Both the position numbers and the translations under genes were made by a program. From Vicinamibacterales bacterium (GTDB lineage: Bacteria; Acidobacteriota; Vicinamibacteria; Vicinamibacterales; 2-12-FULL-66-21): 64,000 nucleotides of DNA. The stretch lies in assembly GCA_036278735.1 (NCBI GenBank), contig DASUKM010000028.1, positions 66,141-130,140 of the forward strand. Reading direction: 5' to 3'. Under the pieces are notes generated by a model that saw only the letters and a program-made list of their open reading frames with translations, did no database searches and was not told the origin of the DNA. Position 1 is the first letter of the stretch, and the number at the start of each line of letters is the position of its first letter. This document shows positions 35,577 through 42,206 of the stretch, one piece after another.

Positions 35577-36626
35577 CTATGGAGTCCCACCGAAGTGGAT
35601 GAGGCTATGTTCGATGCGAAGCTTTACTTGACGGCGGTTGTTTGTTCCCTCGGTCGTCGCTCGGACGAAAGCCGCATCAGTTAACCACGCATCAGATCGG
35701 GGGACCCTAATCTGCCCGTTTTGCTGAACCGCCAAAGCAGCGCCAACGGCGACCGCCTCGAACAAGTTGATCGGAGTTGCATTGCGCCCCCGGCGAATGC
35801 CATGAGGAAACGCCTTTGCAAGCTGCTTAAACGTCTTTGTGAAAATCTGGCGTCCGTGAGCGTAATCGAAGTCCTTGCCCGCCGCCTTCATGTAGTCGTT
35901 CAAGAAACTCACTACGCTATGCTCGAACTGCTTGTAGCCGTTCAGGAAAGCAAAAAACCGCAAGACCATCTCCTGCGGAGTTCCGTCTTTTTGGCGGTCC
36001 GGTGGAATCAGGACGACCTGACTAAAGAGTTTGTTCTCTGAGAGTGTGTCGAGAAAATCGTTGAATTCACCTCGGTAGACGCAGGCTCGAATTTCCTGAG
36101 CAGTGAGAGCGATTCCGCCTTTGTTTAATCGCTCGAAGACATCGAAGCGCACCCCTGCATCGCTCTTGTCCGTGATGGTGATCACCTTAATCCCCTTCAA
36201 GACGAACTGCATCCGCGTAGCTTGGGGAAGATCCTCAAACGTTAGGCCGTTAAACTCGCTCAGCTTGTCGAGCCCCTCCAGCCGAAGGGAATCGCTAAAC
36301 CCCATTTGCCGTCTTACTTCGTCAGATCCTGCGAAATGTGCGAGGGTGTTCAACCGCTGGAGTCCATCGACCAATTCCCAAGTGCCGTCCGCATTGGCAG
36401 CCATAAAAAGACTCGGAACGGGAATTCCCAACAACACCGATTCGATGTATTGAGACTGTCGGTCTGCCTTCCAGCGAAAGTGGCGCTGATATACCGGAGC
36501 CACGTCGATGTTGCGTTCCGCCACCATCTCCATCAGTTGTTTGACGGTGATGTCAAACGTGTCGTAATCGACCTTGCGGCGCTGCTCGTTCAGTTGTTCA
36601 ATTAGTGCGCTACCACCCTCAGCCAT
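35577..36626 (-). CDS. DUF262 (ParB/Srx-like, GmrSD N-terminal-type) protein without a DUF1524 nuclease domain
   Basis: DVAPVYQRHFRWKADRQSQYIESVLLGIPVPSLF and WELVDGLQRLNTL (DGQQR-type motif). The C-terminal 130 aa are helical with no His-Me/HNH-like motif visible. AAGGAGG SD before ATG 36626. Confidence 0.85.
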   Translation of the reverse strand: MAEGGSALIEQLNEQRRKVDYDTFDITVKQLMEMVAERNIDVAPVYQRHFRWKADRQSQYIESVLLGIPVPSLFMAANADGTWELVDGLQRLNTLAHFAGSDEVRRQMGFSDSLRLEGLDKLSEFNGLTFEDLPQATRMQFVLKGIKVITITDKSDAGVRFDVFERLNKGGIALTAQEIRACVYRGEFNDFLDTLSENKLFSQVVLIPPDRQKDGTPQEMVLRFFAFLNGYKQFEHSVVSFLNDYMKAAGKDFDYAHGRQIFTKTFKQLAKAFPHGIRRGRNATPINLFEAVAVGAALAVQQNGQIRVPRSDAWLTDAAFVRATTEGTNNRRQVKLRIEHSLIHFGGTP

Positions 36627-36647
36627 TCGCCTCCTTTGCCGCCCTGT

Positions 36648-37274
36648 CTACAGTGAATCAACGTCACGGGTAAATCGGATGGCCGGTTCGCGTTGTTTCA
36701 ACTTCTTCAGCAGCGATTTGAAGAAGTCTGCTCCCTCTGCTCCGGCCGTCGTCGGATCTACCAACCGGGCTCCGGCAGGCTTGGCGGAATCGATGTGGAT
36801 AAACCAGCTCGCTTCCAAGAGGCCCTGATTCCACAGCGGAGCACCGCGGACGGCGATGCGTTTCACCGCTGCCTCAAAAAATGCTGACCAGCGGTCACCG
36901 TCCTTACGGACGCTATCCGCCGCGGCGTCAAAAACGAGGATGTAGCCAATTACGAGCTCGGGGGAAACCTGCTGAACGTTGGCGGCCTCGCCCATGAGAT
37001 CGTCCAAACGATTTGGAATTGATCCGCCAGCGTTCTTCCAAATCGACTTCAGTGACACCAAGAGGCGGAACTTGCCAGCATACTCATACGCCACGTCCCA
37101 CGCTTTGGATCGGCCAAGTCCGTTCACAACTAACTCGCCGCCGCTTCCGCCACGCACATCAGGCAGTCCATACTGAGCCAACTGCTCAACCGCGAAATTC
37201 GCCAGCGGGGCCAATCGACCTGAATCGGTGGCCTTTCTTGTCGCGACGGCGTCGATCACATCCGAGAGCTGCAT
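36648..37274 (-). CDS. diverged paralog of the adjacent XhoI-like endonuclease, catalytic E-x-K replaced by S-L-K
   Basis: It aligns by eye to the upstream gene product: QYGLPD/ESGIPD; GRSKAWDVAYEYAGKFRLLVSLKSIWKNAGGSIPNRLDDLMGEA vs RATKDWDLVAVVDDQLIATVEFKSQVGPSFGNNVNNRAEESLGNA; IGYILVFDAA/LGYFMLLEEA. ATG 37274 is 4 nt after the upstream stop. The alternative ATG 37313 would overlap by 35 nt. Confidence 0.65.
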   Translation of the reverse strand: MQLSDVIDAVATRKATDSGRLAPLANFAVEQLAQYGLPDVRGGSGGELVVNGLGRSKAWDVAYEYAGKFRLLVSLKSIWKNAGGSIPNRLDDLMGEAANVQQVSPELVIGYILVFDAAADSVRKDGDRWSAFFEAAVKRIAVRGAPLWNQGLLEASWFIHIDSAKPAGARLVDPTTAGAEGADFFKSLLKKLKQREPAIRFTRDVDSL

Positions 37275-37278
37275 GCCG

Positions 37279-38061
37279 TTACTCGCGTCGGGTTTTCGCA
37301 AAAGCCATCGCATGGCCCATCAGTGATGCGGCAAACGCTCTGAACCCAACTTCAGTATTTGGCTCTCGGAAGCCCCCTTTAATTCCGCGCTTCGCATCAG
37401 ACAAGACGAGGCAGGCACCGTTGTAGAGCCGCTCGCGCACGAGACGCTGGCACAGGAGCTCGTAGCGTTTCGCGTAGGAGGCATTCAGGAACTCCGAGAA
37501 CACCTTGAAATGTGGCTGCCGCACACTGACCGGCGTCGTTGACGCGGTGGCCTCTTCAAGGAGCATGAAGTAACCGAGCCAAGGTCTCGCTGACGGCGCG
37601 AACGCACCCTCCCGGTAGGCAGTCCACAAATCGACCGCGTTTCCGAGCGACTCTTCGGCGCGATTGTTGACGTTGTTACCGAACGAAGGTCCAACTTGAC
37701 TCTTGAATTCCACCGTTGCGATCAACTGGTCATCAACGACGGCGACCAAGTCCCAATCTTTGGTCGCACGAAAGAAACCGGGAACTTCCGTTCCGCGCCT
37801 CACTTCGGCTTGGCTCTTAAGATCCTTCTGTTGGATAGGCTCCGCGTCGAGTCCACGCGTTCTGCCTTTGTGGAAGACCATCGCATCCGGAATCCCGCTC
37901 TCGATCAAGAGTTCCTTGATGAGATGGGCAAACCCGTCGCAGTGCCGACCGCCAGTGACCTTTCCTCGTCCACTGGAGTCACTCTGCTTGCCGCCTTGGG
38001 CATCTCGAACGTTCCAAAAATACGCGACAGCTTTTCCCAGACGTGCGTCAAGGTCAGGCAT
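37279..38061 (-). CDS. type II restriction endonuclease, PD-(D/E)XK, XhoI/PaeR7I-like
   Basis: KDWDLVAVVDDQLIATVEFKSQVGPSFGNNVNNRAEE carries D...E-x-K. From memory the sequence resembles the XhoI family (PF04555). The start is 1 nt after the methyltransferase stop. Confidence 0.75.
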   Translation of the reverse strand: MPDLDARLGKAVAYFWNVRDAQGGKQSDSSGRGKVTGGRHCDGFAHLIKELLIESGIPDAMVFHKGRTRGLDAEPIQQKDLKSQAEVRRGTEVPGFFRATKDWDLVAVVDDQLIATVEFKSQVGPSFGNNVNNRAEESLGNAVDLWTAYREGAFAPSARPWLGYFMLLEEATASTTPVSVRQPHFKVFSEFLNASYAKRYELLCQRLVRERLYNGACLVLSDAKRGIKGGFREPNTEVGFRAFAASLMGHAMAFAKTRRE

Positions 38062-38062
38062 G

Positions 38063-39100
38063 TTAGAGGTGCATTCTGATGTCCGCGTGGGAGTAAAGGT
38101 CAGTCGTGCTTTCGGCGAGCCGCTTCCGGATCAATTCGAAATAGTGAGAATCCAGTTCGACACCGATGCTGTTTCGCGCCCATTGCGCCGCTGCAACCGT
38201 TGTGGTTCCTGTCCCTGCAAACGGATCGAGAACGGTGTCTCCAACAAAGCTGAACATCCGGATCAACCGTTCCGCCAATTCAACTGGATACGGAGCCGGG
38301 TGGAGCTTTGTTGATGCTCCCGTCAGGCCGGTCCAAATCTGTTGAAACCAGCGTTGGTAGTTGTCGGCGGAGATGACACTTAAGATTCGCGTTGAAAGCG
38401 TTGGACTGCGATAACCACCGGGCTTCCGCTCCATCAGAATGAACTCGATGTCGTTCTTGATGACCGCGTTAGGCTCGTATGGCTTTCCCAGAAACCCACC
38501 GCCGCCGTTCTCGACCTCGTAGGCGGCGTTCGAGATTTTGTGCCAAATGATCGGGGCGAGATTGTCAAATCCGATGCGTCTGGTGTGCTCCTGTATCGAC
38601 GCATGCAGCGGGACTACGGTGTGTCTTCCTTCATTCTTGCGGCGAGAGAGACAGACATCACCGACATTCACAATCAGCCTGCCGCCCGGGACCAGAACGC
38701 GGAAGCAGTGCTCCCACACCTTGTCGAGTTCCAGCAAGAATTGCTCGTAGTCGGCAACATAACCAAGCTGGCCGTCGGATTGCCGATATTCCTTTAGCGT
38801 CCAATAGGGCGGAGACGTTACAACCAAATGCACGCTCTCGGATGCGATGAAGTCGAGCGCACGTGAATCGTGGCAGTAAAGATCGTGGGTCGTTGGGATG
38901 TCTCGCAATGCCGCTTCGATGGCGGCTGTCAGCTTCGGATCGCGAGCGATTCGTGGCAAATCCTTTTGGTGATCGGAGATTTCTCCGACGACCTTTGGCA
39001 CGAACGCCGTCAGCTCCTGCGCGCTGGGATGAGCGGCAACCGAACGAGAATGCATCGCGAGAATGTTAACCGATGACCGAGGAGGTTTTGCGCTCCTCAT
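38063..39100 (-). CDS. beta-class N4/N6 DNA methyltransferase (PF01555-type), SPPY motif IV
   Basis: HLVVTSPPYW (motif IV) is N-terminal to VLDPFAGTGTTTVAA (motif I, FxGxG), which is the beta-class order. SPPY is more typical of m4C enzymes. An alternative start is ATG 39055. Confidence 0.9.
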   Translation of the reverse strand: MRSAKPPRSSVNILAMHSRSVAAHPSAQELTAFVPKVVGEISDHQKDLPRIARDPKLTAAIEAALRDIPTTHDLYCHDSRALDFIASESVHLVVTSPPYWTLKEYRQSDGQLGYVADYEQFLLELDKVWEHCFRVLVPGGRLIVNVGDVCLSRRKNEGRHTVVPLHASIQEHTRRIGFDNLAPIIWHKISNAAYEVENGGGGFLGKPYEPNAVIKNDIEFILMERKPGGYRSPTLSTRILSVISADNYQRWFQQIWTGLTGASTKLHPAPYPVELAERLIRMFSFVGDTVLDPFAGTGTTTVAAAQWARNSIGVELDSHYFELIRKRLAESTTDLYSHADIRMHL

Positions 39101-39340
39101 CTGCGGTCCAAAGTCTGCTCACTGAACTCGCAAAGCGACCAACAGAAACGACGTGAATCACACGAGCCGACGAGACGCTGAAATTCGTGAACAAAACGTC
39201 GCGAATGTGTCAATCCTCACGTCTCGACAGCGCGCCAGAATGCTGTTTTTGACCGCTCCGCGCACCACAAGACGCCCCGAAACAGACGCCGCGATGCGAA
39301 TCTCACGACCGCAGCGAGCGCAATGCAGAGCGCCGTTTAC

Positions 39341-39361
39341 GCGCCCCCTATCTGCCCCCTA
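39341..39361 (+). promoter_or_regulatory. paired direct motifs GCGCCCCCTA / CTGCCCCCTA (11-bp spacing), candidate arm-type sites
   Basis: gcgcccccta t ctgcccccta lies 87 bp inside the right att repeat. It has the same orientation and core (GCCCCCTA) as 30605-30625. Confidence 0.4.
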
Positions 39362-39447
39362 CGAGCATCGCCTCCGCTAAGCCCAACTCGCTTGACATTA
39401 CAAAGCCAAGCAAGTCGTTATTTATCAATAGCTTGTGAAGAGTAGTT

Positions 39448-39523
39448 TGGTGGACCTGACCGGGATCGAACCGGTGACCTCCTGAATGCCATTCAGGCGC
39501 GCTCCCAACTGCGCTACAGGCCC
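39448..39523 (-). tRNA. tRNA-Ala (anticodon GGC), intact, integration target of the island
   Basis: Hand-folded 76-nt cloverleaf: GGGCCTG/CAGGTCC acceptor with G3:U70, D arm GCGC-AGTTGGGA-GCGC, anticodon arm CCTGA-AUGGCAU-TCAGG, T arm ACCGG-TTCGATC-CCGGT, discriminator A, encoded CCA. Confidence 0.95.
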
Positions 39524-39545
39524 ATTCTTGGACAGGCGAACCCTC

Positions 39546-39574
39546 ATTCTACCGCGCAGCCGCAAGACGGTCAA
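39546..39574 (-). promoter_or_regulatory. sigma70-like promoter for tRNA-Ala (TTGACC-N17-TAGAAT)
   Basis: The minus strand reads cTTGACCgtcttgcggctgcgcggTAGAATgagggttcgcctgtccaagaat, then the tRNA 5' end. Confidence 0.55.
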
Positions 39575-39612
39575 AGTCGCATCGAGCCCTGACCCACACT
39601 GGTCGCCTGGCC

Positions 39613-40206
39613 TCACCGCGGGGGACGACCGAACAGCCGCGCATAGTCCGCCGGCGTATCCACGTCCTCGACGCATCCGGCATCATCGACCTCGACGTCG
39701 CGGACGAGCGCCGCATGCTGCTGGACCACGGCCTTCGCGCTCTCCGCATGCCGCAGCGGTTCGAACAGCGCGCGTGGAAAGATGACCGGATGCCCGTGCC
39801 GGCCCGCGAACGCGGGGCGGATCACGCCGGCGGGCTCCGCACGCGCCCGCGCGAGCAGCGCGGCGACCGTCGACGCGCGGACGAGCGGCACGTCGACGAG
39901 CGTCACCAGGACGCCGTCGATGCCCGGACGATCCACCGCCGCGAGCCCCACCACCAGCGACGAGAGCTGCCCGCGATCCGGATGCTCGTTCTCCACCGCC
40001 GTCGCGAATGGCGCCGCGCGCGCGACCTCGCCGCTCACCTCCCAATCCCCCGCCCGGACGACGACGACCGCGCCATCGACGCCGGCGCGTTCGAGTGTCG
40101 CGAGGATCCGGGAAACGAAGCGGCAGCCCTCGCCGTCGGTCAGCAGCGCCTTCGGCGTCCCGATGCGGCTGGATCGTCCCGCGGCGAGCACGACGGCCGG
40201 CGTCAT
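39613..40206 (-). CDS. MobA/MocA-like nucleotidyltransferase (molybdenum cofactor cytidylyl/guanylyltransferase family)
   Basis: MTPAVVLAAGRSSRIGTPKALL (LAAGxSxRxG motif), later DRGQLSSL and LVTLVDVP. Confidence 0.8.
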   Translation of the reverse strand: MTPAVVLAAGRSSRIGTPKALLTDGEGCRFVSRILATLERAGVDGAVVVVRAGDWEVSGEVARAAPFATAVENEHPDRGQLSSLVVGLAAVDRPGIDGVLVTLVDVPLVRASTVAALLARARAEPAGVIRPAFAGRHGHPVIFPRALFEPLRHAESAKAVVQQHAALVRDVEVDDAGCVEDVDTPADYARLFGRPPR

Positions 40207-40301
40207 CGGGTGCCCCTCAACGCGACACGTCTCGAGTACGATTGACGATAGTAGATGGCCGCTCGCGCCGGGGGGGCATTCTCCGTAACTCCTATCATTT
40301 C

Positions 40302-40330
40302 TTGACTTCGGGCGGAATGTTCCCTAGACT
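40302..40330 (+). promoter_or_regulatory. sigma70-like promoter for csp (TTGACT-N17-TAGACT) giving a ~180-nt 5' UTR
   Basis: cTTGACTtcgggcggaatgttcccTAGACT, read directly. A long leader is typical of cold-shock genes. Confidence 0.5.
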
Positions 40331-40517
40331 GGCCCCGATTTCAAGCTCAGCGTGCGCTGGCGGACCGGGCCGGCGGCGCGTGGGTCGCGGCGAGATTCGG
40401 AAGGTCGTCGGCGCCTCGGTGGTTCTCGGGCCGCGCCTCCCGGCCCTGTCTCCTGCACTCGGCTTGTCGAGCCTCCAGGATAATCCTGGGGGTGCCGTTC
40501 ATCGGAGGACGCGGGTT

Positions 40518-40724
40518 ATGCCAACCGGGACGATCGCTCGACTATTGATCGACAAGGGCTTCGGGTTCATTCGGGACGAGAGCGGGATCGAGCACTTTTT
40601 TCACCGCAGCTCCGTCCGGGGCGCCGTGTTCGAGCTGCTGCGCGAGGGGCAGCGCGTCGAGTTCACCCCCGAGGAGTCGGGCAAGGGACCCCGCGCGGGC
40701 GACGTGCGGTTAATCGAAGGCTGA
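40518..40724 (+). CDS. cold-shock domain protein (CspA family)
   Basis: MPTGTIARLLIDKGFGFIRDESGIEHFFHRSSV has RNP1-like KGFGFI and RNP2-like FFH motifs. 68 aa. GGAGGA upstream. Confidence 0.9.
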   Translation: MPTGTIARLLIDKGFGFIRDESGIEHFFHRSSVRGAVFELLREGQRVEFTPEESGKGPRAGDVRLIEG

Positions 40725-40748
40725 GCGCGGCCTCGGTCGTGCCCTCCC

Positions 40749-40782
40749 AAACGGGGCGCTTCGGCGCCCCGTTTCCTTTTTT
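40749..40782 (+). terminator. rho-independent terminator of csp
   Basis: AAACGGGGCGC-ttcg-GCGCCCCGTTT is a perfect 11-bp stem, followed by ccTTTTTT. Confidence 0.85.
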
Positions 40783-40866
40783 ACCCGCCCCGTACACAAT
40801 GGCTCGGCCGCGAATCGCTGGTGCGAACGCCACGGCGTCCGGCGATCCACGGCCGACGATCTCTTC

Positions 40867-40964
40867 GGAAGCGAACGGGGCCCGGTGGCCCTCCCGGTCT
40901 TCAAAACCGGTTGTCTCCCGCGTTGAGCGGGAGGGCTGGGTTCGACTCCCAGGCGCTTCCGCCA
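40867..40964 (+). tRNA. selC: tRNA-Sec (anticodon UCA)
   Basis: Hand-folded 98 nt: long acceptor GGAAGCG(A)/(G)CGCTTCC, 6-bp D stem GGGGCC-CGGT-GGCCCT, anticodon arm CCGGT-CUUCAAA-ACCGG, long variable arm CTCCCGC-gttga-GCGGGAG, 5-bp T stem CTGGG-TTCGACT-CCCAG, discriminator G, CCA. The 8th acceptor pair is an A.G mismatch. Confidence 0.85.
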
Positions 40965-40971
40965 GCCCGCG

Positions 40972-41427
40972 CTAGCCGCCGCACGTCGACGCAATCATCT
41001 TGACCGAGCTGACGTCGAAGTCGCGTGCCTGCTGCTGCTCGCTGCCCGACGCACTCTTCAATTGATCGCCGCTGGTGTCGTCCTTGGCCTGCCCCTTGAC
41101 CGAGACCTTCTGGCCGAGGTGCGAGTCGAGGTTGTTGCCACCCTTCAGGTTCCACGCGATCGCCTGCGAGATATCCTTCGAGGTGTTCGACATCGTGCCG
41201 CTCGTCCCCGTCGCCGTCTGGCTCTTCGCCGTGGGGGCCGTGGCCGGGCTCGGCGTGGCGTTCGTGAGCCAGAACCCGCCGCTCTTGTTCTGCTCCAGGC
41301 AGCCGGTCACGGTGATCTGCTTCTGGTTGCTCATGTTCTGCTGGCTCGAGCCGTACGTCTGCGCTGCCGCCGGCATCGCCCACGCGAGCGCGGCCGTCGC
41401 GCAACATGCCATTGCGAGTCGCTTCAT
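40972..41427 (-). CDS. secreted hypothetical protein (151 aa), Ser/Thr/Gln-rich
   Basis: Signal peptide MKRLAMACCATAALAWAMPAAAQ. AGGAG SD. Paired Cys (TGC...STCGG). No family recognised. Confidence 0.6.
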   Translation of the reverse strand: MKRLAMACCATAALAWAMPAAAQTYGSSQQNMSNQKQITVTGCLEQNKSGGFWLTNATPSPATAPTAKSQTATGTSGTMSNTSKDISQAIAWNLKGGNNLDSHLGQKVSVKGQAKDDTSGDQLKSASGSEQQQARDFDVSSVKMIASTCGG

Positions 41428-41672
41428 CGCTGATGCTCCTTTCGATCGGCCATCGATGACGCACGCGGATGTCTGTTCTGCAGGGTTCACCCCGGGAATG
41501 CCGCGTGGAGGCCGATGCCGCGTACGGGTGCAGACGACATGCCACCCCGCTCCTGCGGAGCTGACACGGGATCGACCCGCCGGCGTGCGCCGCGCCTGAA
41601 CGGTATGCGATGGCGTGCGCCTTGCGAACGCCACCGCGTTCCGTTTCGCACCGCACATCCACAGGAGGTCAC

Positions 41673-42173
41673 ATGGCCACACCCCGATCCCTCAACGACT
41701 TGTTCATCCAGAAAATCCGGTACGTCTACGACGCCGAACAGCGCCTCACCAAGGCCCTGCCGAAGCTGTCGAAAGCGGCGAGCGCGCCGGACCTGAAGCA
41801 GGCGTTCGATGCGCACCTCAAGGAAACCGAAACGCACGTGGAGCGCGTCGAGCGGCTCTTCGGCCTGATCGACGAGAAGCCGAACGCCGATACGAACGCC
41901 AACATCAAGGGGATCATCAGCGCCGGCGACGACGTGATCGATCTCGATGCGGATGCACCCGTCAAGGACGCGGCGCTGATCGCGGCGGCGCAGTGCGCCG
42001 AACATTACGAGATCGCCGAGTACGGCACGCTGCGCGCGTGGGCGCGCGTGCTTGGACGCAACGAAGCGGTACAGCTGATTGACTGGACGCTTCAGGACGA
42101 GAAGAACGCCGACGAGGCGCTCACGCATGTGGCGTCGAGGCTGAACTTCGAAGCGGCCGTTCCGCGGCGATGA
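41673..42173 (+). CDS. DUF892 / YciE-YciF ferritin-like protein
   Basis: LFIQKIRYVYDAEQRLTKALPKLSKAAS...LKQAFDAHLKETETHVERVERLF...AAAQCAEHYEIAEYGTL. AGGAGG SD before ATG 41673. Confidence 0.85.
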   Translation: MATPRSLNDLFIQKIRYVYDAEQRLTKALPKLSKAASAPDLKQAFDAHLKETETHVERVERLFGLIDEKPNADTNANIKGIISAGDDVIDLDADAPVKDAALIAAAQCAEHYEIAEYGTLRAWARVLGRNEAVQLIDWTLQDEKNADEALTHVASRLNFEAAVPRR

Positions 42174-42206
42174 GCCGTCGATCGGCGTCCGACCGCTCAC
42201 GCTCCG

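Larger units (their letters stand above)
30427..39495. mobile_element. integrative genomic island (~9.1 kb) in the 3' part of tRNA-Ala(GGC)
   Basis: A perfect 48-bp direct repeat (30427-30474 = 39448-39495) corresponds to tRNA nt 29-76 including CCA. The interior is visibly lower in G+C than the flanks. It carries a tyrosine integrase, an AlpA-like gene and defence genes. Confidence 0.9.

Noticed and set aside
39185-39213. TTGACA on the minus strand upstream of the methyltransferase, considered as the defence-operon promoter
   Set aside because: There is no acceptable -10 hexamer at 16-19 nt spacing (tcacga/acgaat). I left it uncalled.
39153-39380. 75-aa plus ORF in the 347-bp leader between the methyltransferase and tRNA-Ala (considered as a possible R-M controller protein)
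   Set aside because: It has no helix-turn-helix pattern and is Arg/Thr/Pro-rich. It overlaps the candidate arm-site motifs and is oriented away from the operon.
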